DNA from: Flavobacteriales bacterium
GTDB taxonomy: Bacteria; Bacteroidota; Bacteroidia; Flavobacteriales_F; PHOS-HE28
Length of the DNA stretch: 64,000 nucleotides
Assembly (NCBI GenBank): GCA_016704485.1
Contig: JADJAA010000002.1
Location: 239,591 to 303,590 of the forward strand
Direction: 5' to 3'
The translations under genes were made by a program, and so were the position numbers. The notes beneath the pieces were generated by a model. That model did no database searches and had not been told where the DNA came from. It saw only the letters and a list, made by a program, of their open reading frames with translations. Below, piece by piece: positions 47,349 through 56,634 of the stretch (positions within the stretch are counted from its first letter, which is position 1; the number at the start of each line of letters is the position of its first letter).

Positions 47349-49532
47349 ATGACCCGATACATTCTCGTACTTGCACTTATCACATCGCAATTCCTTGCAG
47401 CGCAGAACACCTTGCCCGCCACCACACGCGTGGGTTTGCAAGAATTGCAAGGCTTGGCTGAGAAGTATCCTAAAGCGCAAGAATTGACCAACGAAACGCA
47501 AGGCTATTATCCGACCGCAATGATCCATGGACGCTGCATGGTCGGCTTTTTAGGAAAGGTGAATGGTTCGTTCGATGCAAGCGCGGTTGAGCACGGGGTC
47601 GTAATGCAAGGAACCCAAAAAGGATCCGTTATTTCCTTCCGCATCGATGCGTATCACTTGGATGCCATCCACCAGATCAATGGTCTAGTTTATAGCGAAC
47701 TTGCGGGCAAGACGGCTCCAACACTGGACAAAGTGATCAAGGCAATTCATGCGGATAGTGTGCAAATGGGCATCAACCTTCCCTCGACCTATACGGGAAG
47801 AGATGTGTTGATAGGCATTACGGATTGGGGTTTCGATTACACCCATCCAATGTTCTATGACACGGCGTTGACCACGAGTCGCGTTCGAGCTGCGTGGGAT
47901 CATTACCGCCAAGCCGGCCCAGCGCCAGCGGCATTTTCGTATGGCACCGAGCTTACAACGCCCGCCGAATTACTCGCTGCTGAAGCCGATACGGTGAATA
48001 TCTACGGCTATGCGACACATGGTTCACATGTAGCTGGGATCGCTGGTGGAGGTGGAGCCGGAACCTACTTCAGAGGAGTTGCATTCGATGCACAATACCT
48101 TTTCTGTACGTTCCTGGTTGATGCCGCTGCCGTCATTGATGCTTTTGAATGGATGAAGACCATCGCAGAACAGGATGACAAGCGCTTGGTGATCAACATG
48201 AGCTGGGGTCTGCATTGGATGGGAACATTGGATGGTAATTCATTGATCAGTCAAGCCATCGATCAGTTCTCACAGGAAGGAGTGGTCTTTGTGAATTCAG
48301 CGGGAAATAATGGCGATGTCAATTTCCACATAAAGAAGAATTTTGCTGCGGATACGATGCGTACACGGATCCAGTTCTACCCGTATAGCGCACATCCGAA
48401 AATGTGGGGCCAGAGCATCAGCATGTGGGGTGAAGCAGGTGCTTCGTTCTCTACTGGATTCACAATTACATCGAATGGTGGAGCAACACTCCAAGAAAGT
48501 CCGTGGTATGGCTCATCCACGCAAGTAGACTATGTTGATTCATTCCTAGTGGAAGGTGTGGATACGGTATTCTACAACCTGACGACCGAAGCAGCGCATC
48601 CTTTGAACGGAAGACCCCATTTCAGACTGCGTGTAAAGAATACGAGTGCTGCGTTGAAGATCACGCTGAAAGCTGCTGCTACAAGCGGGACGGTACATTT
48701 TTGGAACGTTACCGAACTCACGAATGATGTGGGTAATTGGGGTCAGGACTTTCAAGCTCCATTGGCCGGCTATTCCATCGGTGACAAAGCATATGGTATC
48801 AGTGAACCCGCGTGTACGGAAAGTGTAGTTTCCGTGGCAGCATACAGCTCCGAATACCAGTTAGGCAACGGTAATTGGGTTGGTGGTACCATTGCCAATT
48901 TCTCATCCTTCGGTCCTACGATGGATGAACGCAGTAAACCGGATGTAACCGCACCTGGAGTTACTGTAGCATCGTCGATCAGCTCGTTCACGGACAATGC
49001 CTTCACATCGATCCTGAACATTGATTTCCAAGGCCGCACTTATCCATTTGCCAGATTCTCCGGAACAAGCATGTCTGCTCCAGCAACCACAGGTGTTGTT
49101 GCTTTGATGCTGGAAGTGGATCCAACCTTAACACCTGCCGATATCCGTGACATTCTGCGACAAACAGCGCGCGTGGATCAGAACACCGGAACGATACCTA
49201 CTGGCGGAAGCACGCGCTGGGGTTACGGAAAAGTGAATGCGTACCAATCGGTGATCGACGTTCTTGGGGTCGTTGGGGTCAATGAAAATACAGTAGATCG
49301 AATTAACGTATGGCCGAACCCGACATCTTCCGAACTGAACATTCTACTAAATCAGCGGAGTGGAAATGTCAGGTTGATCGTTGTCGATATCACGGGCAGG
49401 GTGGTACACAAAGAGTCTTACAATTCTACCGAAGTGATCTCGTTAAGCACTGCGGAATGGAGTACTGGAGTTTACGTGATCCAGATCGAACAGGATCAGC
49501 AGGTTTCTGTTGCAAGGGTCGTGAAACAGTGA
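47349..49532 (+). CDS. S8 subtilisin-like serine peptidase with T9SS C-terminal sorting domain
   Basis: Start at the ATG at 47349 (MTRYILVLALITSQFLAAQ). Asp (GITDWGFD), His (HGSHVAGIAGG) and Ser (GTSMSAPATTG) triad motifs. Por-type CTD at the end. Confidence 0.85.
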   Translation: MTRYILVLALITSQFLAAQNTLPATTRVGLQELQGLAEKYPKAQELTNETQGYYPTAMIHGRCMVGFLGKVNGSFDASAVEHGVVMQGTQKGSVISFRIDAYHLDAIHQINGLVYSELAGKTAPTLDKVIKAIHADSVQMGINLPSTYTGRDVLIGITDWGFDYTHPMFYDTALTTSRVRAAWDHYRQAGPAPAAFSYGTELTTPAELLAAEADTVNIYGYATHGSHVAGIAGGGGAGTYFRGVAFDAQYLFCTFLVDAAAVIDAFEWMKTIAEQDDKRLVINMSWGLHWMGTLDGNSLISQAIDQFSQEGVVFVNSAGNNGDVNFHIKKNFAADTMRTRIQFYPYSAHPKMWGQSISMWGEAGASFSTGFTITSNGGATLQESPWYGSSTQVDYVDSFLVEGVDTVFYNLTTEAAHPLNGRPHFRLRVKNTSAALKITLKAAATSGTVHFWNVTELTNDVGNWGQDFQAPLAGYSIGDKAYGISEPACTESVVSVAAYSSEYQLGNGNWVGGTIANFSSFGPTMDERSKPDVTAPGVTVASSISSFTDNAFTSILNIDFQGRTYPFARFSGTSMSAPATTGVVALMLEVDPTLTPADIRDILRQTARVDQNTGTIPTGGSTRWGYGKVNAYQSVIDVLGVVGVNENTVDRINVWPNPTSSELNILLNQRSGNVRLIVVDITGRVVHKESYNSTEVISLSTAEWSTGVYVIQIEQDQQVSVARVVKQ

Positions 49533-49571
49533 TCATCGGATTTTGGAACATCTGATCAACTGATCCGCACT

Positions 49572-50771
49572 ATGGATCCACGCACCCTTTCCATACAGGA
49601 CTACACGTACGACCTACCGGAAGCGCGTATTGCCCAGCAACCGTTGGCGGAAAGGGATGCCAGCAAATTGTTGCTCTTCGACAAGGGAGTGATCCGTGAT
49701 CATAGCTTTCGTTCGTTACCGGATCTGATCCCATCCAATGCGTTGCTGGTATTGAACAATACCAAGGTGGTCAATGCTCGCCTCATATTCCATCGTGCTT
49801 CCGGCGCGCGGATCGAAGTGCTTTGCCTTTCACCGGTGGAAGGAAAACCTGTGGAATTAGCATTTGTGGAATCCGGGTCAAGTGAATGGGAATGCTTCAT
49901 CGGCAATGCGAAGCGCTGGAAAGCAGGGGAGGAGTTGATCGCAACGGCGAATGGGTTAGAGATCCGGGCCATGCGTAAAGGTCAAGAAAGCATTCGGCTA
50001 GCATGGACCCCCGTGGAACTGAGTTTTGTGGAAGTTCTTGATCGCATCGGCCACGTGCCGCTACCCCCCTACATGAAACGGCCGGATGAAGCTGCTGATA
50101 AAACGCGGTACAATACGGTCTTTGCGCAATACGATGGCTCGGTCGCCGCACCAACTGCGAGCCTTCACTTTACCAAGGAGATATTGGATCGCATAGTACA
50201 GCGTGGCATACGTTCCACGGACCTCACGCTACACGTGGGAGCAGGAACATTCTTACCGGTAAAGAGCGCAACAATGGACCAGCATGCCATGCACTCGGAG
50301 CAAGTGCGCATACCGCTAAAAATGCTACTGCAGTTGAGCGAACAGCTAGGCAAAGGACCGGTCATTCCAGTAGGAACCACGGCGCTACGCACATTGGAAA
50401 GCATCTATTGGCATGGAGTAAAGCTGCTACGACGAATCGGTTCAAACGTGATCGATATCGATCAATGGGATTCCTATTCCTACGATGAGAATGATCTGCC
50501 AACTCCAAAAGACGCACTGAATGCAGTGATCATGAGTCTAATGGAGAAGAAAGAATACCAACTTTCAGGTGAGACCAAGCTCCTGATCGCCCCGGGGTAT
50601 ACGTTCCGCTTTGCAACAGGCCTTGTTACGAATTTTCATCAACCGCAAAGCACATTGCTTTTACTGGTAGCGGCATTTCTAGGTAAGGATTGGCGATCGG
50701 TCTACGACCATGCATTGGCATCGGATTATCGCTTTCTGAGCTACGGTGACGGTTCGCTTTTATTGCCTTGA
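49572..50771 (+). CDS. queA: S-adenosylmethionine:tRNA ribosyltransferase-isomerase
   Basis: 399 aa. YDLPEARIAQQP N-terminus. Typical QueA length and conserved blocks. Confidence 0.9.
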   Translation: MDPRTLSIQDYTYDLPEARIAQQPLAERDASKLLLFDKGVIRDHSFRSLPDLIPSNALLVLNNTKVVNARLIFHRASGARIEVLCLSPVEGKPVELAFVESGSSEWECFIGNAKRWKAGEELIATANGLEIRAMRKGQESIRLAWTPVELSFVEVLDRIGHVPLPPYMKRPDEAADKTRYNTVFAQYDGSVAAPTASLHFTKEILDRIVQRGIRSTDLTLHVGAGTFLPVKSATMDQHAMHSEQVRIPLKMLLQLSEQLGKGPVIPVGTTALRTLESIYWHGVKLLRRIGSNVIDIDQWDSYSYDENDLPTPKDALNAVIMSLMEKKEYQLSGETKLLIAPGYTFRFATGLVTNFHQPQSTLLLLVAAFLGKDWRSVYDHALASDYRFLSYGDGSLLLP

Positions 50772-50869
50772 GCATTTCTAATGGATCAATTCCTTTGTCT
50801 TACAAGAGTCACACCTACTTTTTACCGGGCGACAACAATACCAGCCCATTATCTTCGTTCCCTTCGCGA

Positions 50870-51916
50870 ATGCGCCAAACAATTACCCTACTAGCCTTGA
50901 TCCTTGCCAGCACATTAACTTCTGCGCAGCAGGTCGGCGGCAATAAGGTCTTTCGAATATTGGATATTCCAAGCTCTGCACGAGCAGCAGCGCTGGGCGG
51001 TAATTACATCGCTGTTCAGGACAATGACCTCAATCTCGGACTCTTCAATCCAGCGCTATTGAACAAGAATACCGGCCGACAGATAGCCCTCAGCTATTTG
51101 CCCTATTTTGAGGGAATAAATGTTGGCTACGCTGCCTATTCGCATCATTTCGATAGCTTGAACACGACATTCTCAGGATCCGTTCAGTATGTGAATTACG
51201 GCACGTTCCAGCGGACGGATGAGATCGGTAATGAACTCGGCGAGTTCAAGGCAGGTGAGTACGTGGTCCAGGTCGGTGCTGCCCATCCGATCGATAGTTT
51301 GTTCAGCATCGGTGCCAATCTGAAATTCATCAACAGTAATCTGGATATTTATAACAGCACGGCTTGGGCTGCGGATATCGGCGGAGTGTTCTACAAGAAG
51401 AAGCTCGGGTTAACGGTTGCCGCGGTATTGAAGAACATCGGTTACCAGACCTCCACCTACACTGCCGAACGCGAGAAGCTGCCGTTCCAAGTTCAACTGG
51501 GTATTACCTACAAATTCAAGCACGCTCCGTTCCGGTTGGGCCTGATGATGGAGCAGTTACAGCGCTGGGACCTGACGTATGTGGACCCGAACCGCAGTGT
51601 GCAGATCGACCCGACTACCGGAGATGTGATCGAAGAAAAAGTAACGACCTTGGATAAGACCTTGCTTCATTTGGTGCCAAGTGCCGAGGTTCTATTGAGC
51701 AAGAATTTCATGCTGCGCTTGGCCTACAACTACCGTCGTCGCCAAGAGCTGGTCATCGGTGATAAGCCAGGAGCTGTTGGGATCAGTTTTGGCTTGGGCC
51801 TGAAAGTGAGCAAGGTCCATATCAGTTATGGGTTCTCCCAATTGCACCTGGCCGGTATCTCGAATACATTCTCCATCGCCTTCCGGTTCGCGGATATTAA
51901 GAAAGCCGAGGGTTGA
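50870..51916 (+). CDS. PorQ-like type IX secretion outer-membrane beta-barrel protein
   Basis: Start moved to the ATG at 50870 (signal peptide MRQTITLLALILASTLTSAQ). ~345-aa beta-barrel-like protein. The PorQ assignment is by family resemblance only. Confidence 0.5.
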   Translation: MRQTITLLALILASTLTSAQQVGGNKVFRILDIPSSARAAALGGNYIAVQDNDLNLGLFNPALLNKNTGRQIALSYLPYFEGINVGYAAYSHHFDSLNTTFSGSVQYVNYGTFQRTDEIGNELGEFKAGEYVVQVGAAHPIDSLFSIGANLKFINSNLDIYNSTAWAADIGGVFYKKKLGLTVAAVLKNIGYQTSTYTAEREKLPFQVQLGITYKFKHAPFRLGLMMEQLQRWDLTYVDPNRSVQIDPTTGDVIEEKVTTLDKTLLHLVPSAEVLLSKNFMLRLAYNYRRRQELVIGDKPGAVGISFGLGLKVSKVHISYGFSQLHLAGISNTFSIAFRFADIKKAEG

Positions 51917-52043
51917 TCCTTCTTGAATGGGCAATTGCGATGTCCTGTTTCATTGCGATCTTCGGATAAAGCAGCTTTAACGGTCCCGCAAATCACTCTT
52001 TTCTTTCCAGCAGAGGGCAAGCCATTAACTTGGCGGCCGCATA

Positions 52044-52754
52044 ATGGGTCACGCCAAAAAGATCATCATAGCCATTGACGGTTTCAGCAGTTGTGGCAAG
52101 AGTACGTTGGCCAAGCAGCTCGCTCATCATTTGCATTACACGTATATCGACAGTGGTGCGATGTACAGGGCAATTGCACTGTACTGTATTGAGAATGGCC
52201 TCGTGAATGGTGATGAATTGAACGACGTTGCGTTATTGCGGGTACTTCCGCATATCCACATTGGTTTCAAACATGACGATGCAACTCAACGCAGCGAGAC
52301 GTGGTTGGATGGACGCAATGTTGAACACCGTATCCGTGAAATGGATGTGAGCAACACGGTAACGCTGGTGAGTCCTATTCCTGAGGTGCGCGCCAAGTTG
52401 GTCCAGTTGCAACAAGAGAGCGGCAAGAATGGGGGAGTTGTGATGGACGGCCGGGACATTGGTACCGTGGTATTTCCGAGGGCCGAGGTGAAATTCTTCA
52501 TGACCGCAAAGCCGGAAATACGTGCCGAACGACGCTATTTGGAATTGAAAGGTCGCGGAACCAAGGTCCGTATCGAAGAAGTTTTACGCAATATTGCTCG
52601 CCGTGACAAGGACGATACAACCCGTGCTGCGGACCCACTGATCCAAGCACCCGATGCGCATGTGATCGACAATAGTGAACTTACTTCCTCGGAACAGTTC
52701 GATATTGCGATGGGTGTGATCGTGAAAGCGATCGGTGTGGTTGCAGAAGCGTGA
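52044..52754 (+). CDS. cmk: Cytidylate kinase
   Basis: IIAIDGFSSCGKSTLAK P-loop and YRA motif (GAMYRAIAL). Confidence 0.9.
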   Translation: MGHAKKIIIAIDGFSSCGKSTLAKQLAHHLHYTYIDSGAMYRAIALYCIENGLVNGDELNDVALLRVLPHIHIGFKHDDATQRSETWLDGRNVEHRIREMDVSNTVTLVSPIPEVRAKLVQLQQESGKNGGVVMDGRDIGTVVFPRAEVKFFMTAKPEIRAERRYLELKGRGTKVRIEEVLRNIARRDKDDTTRAADPLIQAPDAHVIDNSELTSSEQFDIAMGVIVKAIGVVAEA

Positions 52755-52765
52755 TCCAGCGCTGT

Positions 52766-54406
52766 TCATCGCACGACCATGAACGGTCGCGTAACCCAAC
52801 CATCGTCCACAAGGAACCGCACGAAGTAGGATCCATCGTTCAACCCGCTTGTATCAAGAGAGCCTGTTTTTCCGCTAATGCGGTAAGAATTCAACACCTG
52901 GCCTTGTATGCTGAGGATCTCAACGCTACTGACAGAACCTTGATCCAACCTCCATTGTAGAACATCATTCGCAGGGTTGGGAAAGAGCGAAATTGATAGG
53001 TTCATACGATCGTTCTCTGAAACGGACACCGCACCGGGCAACGTGATCACCCATAAGGACCGCGGGGTGTTGATCCAATACTCGATCACGAAGATCTCGT
53101 TGCCTACTTGCTCCGCATCCACTGGTAAATAGAATCCTTTAACGATGCGCTGAGCTGAAACGGAATACTCCTGTTCAACGGCATCATAGAACAATTCCAA
53201 ATGAAGGAGATCACCACTTTCATCAACCGGAACTACGGGTATTCCCCACGGAGCGAACGGGCTGAAACCAGTCGTATCACCGCCGGGAGTGAAACTCGCA
53301 ACGAATGCGTCACCGGTATAATCGCCACCAAGTGCATTTTGGTTATCGAAGATCAACCCTAGTGGAGAACGGTGACACGTGAACGTACTTATCGGGATCC
53401 CCGAATCCGAAGCATCCACGATACTACCGGTCTCCGTCCGGATCTTATCCGCATCAGGACCGTGGTTAACGATCGGTTCCTCGAATATTAGATTCGGTGG
53501 AGCGGGGAAGAGTGGGTCGTAGTTGAATTCGGTTGCGGCAGAAGGGAATCCAGGGTTCAATAAAGGATCCTGTGTAGGGTCATAGCCAGCAGCTCGCGTT
53601 GGGTTCGGGTTGCCGCCGGCCCGCCACGGAAAGCCATAATGAAAACCGGGGCGCATCCAATTCATCTCTTCCGGATCATCGTGATCTCCGCTGTTCTCAA
53701 CACCAAATAAATGCCCAGCGGAATTAAAGGCCAGGTCATAAGTGTTCCGAACCCCTTGTGCATAGAGCATTCCAGAAGTTGAAAGGGTACCGATGTCATT
53801 GGGGATGACAATATCCACTCCATTGATCGGAAGAATGAGCACGATCGCAGAGACCGGTTCTTCCCGCATGTCCGGAAACACTCCTCCCATATCCTGTACC
53901 TCGCCGTGGTCCGTTCGCGAGCCACTGTTCACGAACAATGAGTTCCCATCCGGCGAAACAGCAAGGCCATTGAATCCGTGGTCCTTGCCTCCGCGCGCAT
54001 ATGGTTCAGTGCGGGCCAGTTCGTTCCATTGACGCAAGCCATCAGGAAGTAACGATCCACGCGCAACAACACCTTCCCAGTAATTTCCATTGGAGATATT
54101 TCCTGAGATGAACAACGCACTATCGTGGAACACCATTCCCTGTGCATTTGTAATACCATGGTCCGCATTCGTGAACAACAACGTGTCCATGGGCCCGGTT
54201 GGTCCGTGATCGATCAAGTAGATGTCACCATCAACGGTCAGGTAATGCAATCTGTCAGAAACAGCGTCATATACCATGCGCGAAACATTCGGCTGTATAT
54301 CCAAATAGTGTTCAACGGTTACGTCCGGTACAAGCGAAATGGGGGTGTTCTGCGCCAGAACAAGCGGGATATTGAATAGGATCAGTGCAAATAGAGTGAG
54401 GCGCAT
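52766..54406 (-). CDS. Secreted beta-propeller sugar dehydrogenase-like protein (tentative PQQ-dependent glucose/sorbosone dehydrogenase family) with T9SS CTD
   Basis: Signal peptide MRLTLFALILFNIPLVLAQ. Propeller-like repeats. C-terminal Por-type sorting domain (LSISLFPNPANDVL...GSYFVRF). Confidence 0.5.
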   Translation of the reverse strand: MRLTLFALILFNIPLVLAQNTPISLVPDVTVEHYLDIQPNVSRMVYDAVSDRLHYLTVDGDIYLIDHGPTGPMDTLLFTNADHGITNAQGMVFHDSALFISGNISNGNYWEGVVARGSLLPDGLRQWNELARTEPYARGGKDHGFNGLAVSPDGNSLFVNSGSRTDHGEVQDMGGVFPDMREEPVSAIVLILPINGVDIVIPNDIGTLSTSGMLYAQGVRNTYDLAFNSAGHLFGVENSGDHDDPEEMNWMRPGFHYGFPWRAGGNPNPTRAAGYDPTQDPLLNPGFPSAATEFNYDPLFPAPPNLIFEEPIVNHGPDADKIRTETGSIVDASDSGIPISTFTCHRSPLGLIFDNQNALGGDYTGDAFVASFTPGGDTTGFSPFAPWGIPVVPVDESGDLLHLELFYDAVEQEYSVSAQRIVKGFYLPVDAEQVGNEIFVIEYWINTPRSLWVITLPGAVSVSENDRMNLSISLFPNPANDVLQWRLDQGSVSSVEILSIQGQVLNSYRISGKTGSLDTSGLNDGSYFVRFLVDDGWVTRPFMVVR

Positions 54407-54605
54407 GAAGCAGAGCTTTTGTTTCTAGACGTAAGGTACAGCTATTACGCTGTTTGTTATAGATCTATCGGGATCTACTTCAGTGTGCGGATTATTCTTA
54501 TTAAGATGTAGCTTGACTTCACAGCGGGCAACTTGGTTTCATCCCGGCTGAATTAGACGGTTTACTACACATCCAAAAGGATTCTTCTTGCCCTGTGCCT
54601 CTCCA

Positions 54606-55076
54606 CTACCAACTTGGAACCTTGGCCCATTTCGACGTCACTGGGATCTTTTCTCCACGAGCCAATCGGCGCACATTTTGGCGCAATCCGAACCTCCAGA
54701 ATGGAAAGAGTTTATTTCCTGAGCATAATGACGTGTAAAGCATTGATCCCTCGGCCTCGCTGGAATACGCAAAGACAAGGTATCTGCCACCAAAAGGAAG
54801 TAATGACCCGCAAGACACGCCGCTGATCTTTGTTCGAATATGCACTTTCCTCTGAACATGACCTTTGTACTGGTGTCCTACGAACAACACGATCTCACGC
54901 ATTTGTGGAGACTGAGGGTCATCGGTCTTTACGATCCTTGAACCGATCGCTACGGCTTCGAAGACATTAACGGATCTTGCGAAATTCCCAGCGAGTCCGT
55001 TATCTATACATGAACAAGCAAAACTTCGACCAACTAAAATGATTAAAAAGAATATGGTCGCGATCCGGAGATTCAT
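54606..55076 (-). CDS. Small secreted protein with TIMP-like N-terminus (CSC immediately after signal peptide)
   Basis: MNLRIATIFFLIILVGRSFA|CSCIDNGL... The predicted mature N-terminus Cys-Ser-Cys is the hallmark of TIMP/NTR-type metalloprotease inhibitors. Confidence 0.4.
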   Translation of the reverse strand: MNLRIATIFFLIILVGRSFACSCIDNGLAGNFARSVNVFEAVAIGSRIVKTDDPQSPQMREIVLFVGHQYKGHVQRKVHIRTKISGVSCGSLLPFGGRYLVFAYSSEAEGSMLYTSLCSGNKLFPFWRFGLRQNVRRLARGEKIPVTSKWAKVPSW

Positions 55077-55085
55077 TTTCTTGAA

Positions 55086-56309
55086 TTACCCAACTAACTC
55101 ATCAACAACCAAAACCGGATCCTCAGCACCCTCAACAAACACCAACACCTTCAGCATAACCTGGTCCAACAAGGTATCCGGGCAGCTGGCACCGCTGGTA
55201 AGGATGACCGTTAATGGCCGTTTTGTGGGTAACCAATTTTTGGAGCGTTCAAGCTTATGCAACGGGTAGTTGAAATGCTCGATCTCGGTAGCACTTAACA
55301 ATTCCTTCTCGCCGTTGATGAAGAACGTCGGGAATTTCTGTTCGAGTAATTCCACCAAATGACTGGTATTGCTGCTGTTGTATCCGCCAACTACCAATGC
55401 TAGATCTGCATCGGCCTTCAGTAATTCGTTGGTGGCGTCCTGGTTATCGTTGGTTGCGTAGCAGAGGGTATCCCGCGTATCCGCGAAATGGGCTTTCAGT
55501 TCTGCCTCACCATATTTCGTGAGCATTACTTGTTTCAGATGGTCCGCAATGGCCTGGGTCTCTGTCGCCAGCATCGTGGTCTGGTTCACGACTCCGATAC
55601 GGTCCAATTGGGTAGCAGGGTCAAAATCGGGTGTGCAACGTTCCCCGAAGAGTTCATGGAATCGCTCCAATGGCACTTCACCGCTAATGATGCGGCCGAG
55701 TTCGATGGTCTCGGCCATGTCCTTCACAATAACAGCTGGCGCACCTTGGGCGGTATGACTGAAAGTAGCACGCGTTTCTTCATGTGCGGCTTTGCCATGG
55801 ATCACCACCGTATGGTCCTGAACACCAAGCTGCGCGCTGCGTTTCCACACCTTCTCCACGAACGGGCATGTGGTGTTGTGCATCAACGGGTCAATGCCAA
55901 TGGCTTTTAGTCGGTTCTCCGTTTCAATGGTTGTACCGAATGCCGGAATGATCACGATATCGTCCTTGGTGATCTCATTCCAATCCATTAGCATCTCGCC
56001 ATGCGTATCCTGGATAAAGCGCAGTCCGTGGCTTTCCAGATCGGCGTTCACTTCAGGATTGTGGATCATTTGGCTCAGCAGAAAGATCCGTTTTCCCGGA
56101 TTCTCTTCCAACGCCTTGTAGCTGATCTCGATCGCGTTCTCAACCCCATAACAGAACCCGAAATGCCGCGCGAATACAAAACGCACCGCTCCAAGGTCAA
56201 GCAGGGTAGGTGAAAGGTCCTTTTTCTTCGGGTCCTGGACTTTGCGGAAGGCTTTCAGTCGACCAATAAGATCACTGCGGTAATTTGTAGGGATATCGAA
56301 ACTGCGCAT
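55086..56309 (-). CDS. ispH: 4-hydroxy-3-methylbut-2-enyl diphosphate reductase (long form)
   Basis: 407 aa. Three conserved cysteine blocks (FGFCYGVENA, TTCPFVEKV, SGASCPD) typical of IspH/LytB. Confidence 0.9.
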   Translation of the reverse strand: MRSFDIPTNYRSDLIGRLKAFRKVQDPKKKDLSPTLLDLGAVRFVFARHFGFCYGVENAIEISYKALEENPGKRIFLLSQMIHNPEVNADLESHGLRFIQDTHGEMLMDWNEITKDDIVIIPAFGTTIETENRLKAIGIDPLMHNTTCPFVEKVWKRSAQLGVQDHTVVIHGKAAHEETRATFSHTAQGAPAVIVKDMAETIELGRIISGEVPLERFHELFGERCTPDFDPATQLDRIGVVNQTTMLATETQAIADHLKQVMLTKYGEAELKAHFADTRDTLCYATNDNQDATNELLKADADLALVVGGYNSSNTSHLVELLEQKFPTFFINGEKELLSATEIEHFNYPLHKLERSKNWLPTKRPLTVILTSGASCPDTLLDQVMLKVLVFVEGAEDPVLVVDELVG

Positions 56310-56634
56310 AGGCAGGCAAAGGTAATAGTAGGAACTCTGTTCTTTTCCTTCAGTTATGTGCCTGTTCGACCGGATAATCTCATCCAGGCTCTTAGGCCAT
56401 GGAGGCGCATTTGACCTTATCGGCGCTCATCAGTCCTTTCTGCGTTATCAGCGTTCTATTCTCTTCGACCACACAGGCGCTCAATTGTCTGATCGTCTGA
56501 ACTTCTGACCCTACGATCCTCTAAATCACTACCTTTGCGCCCCCTTTCGGGGAAGCTTATGCCGGGGTGGCATAGGTTAACCAACCAACCCTCTCGTATA
56601 CCACCCCCTAGGTACGGGATACAAGTAATAACGC

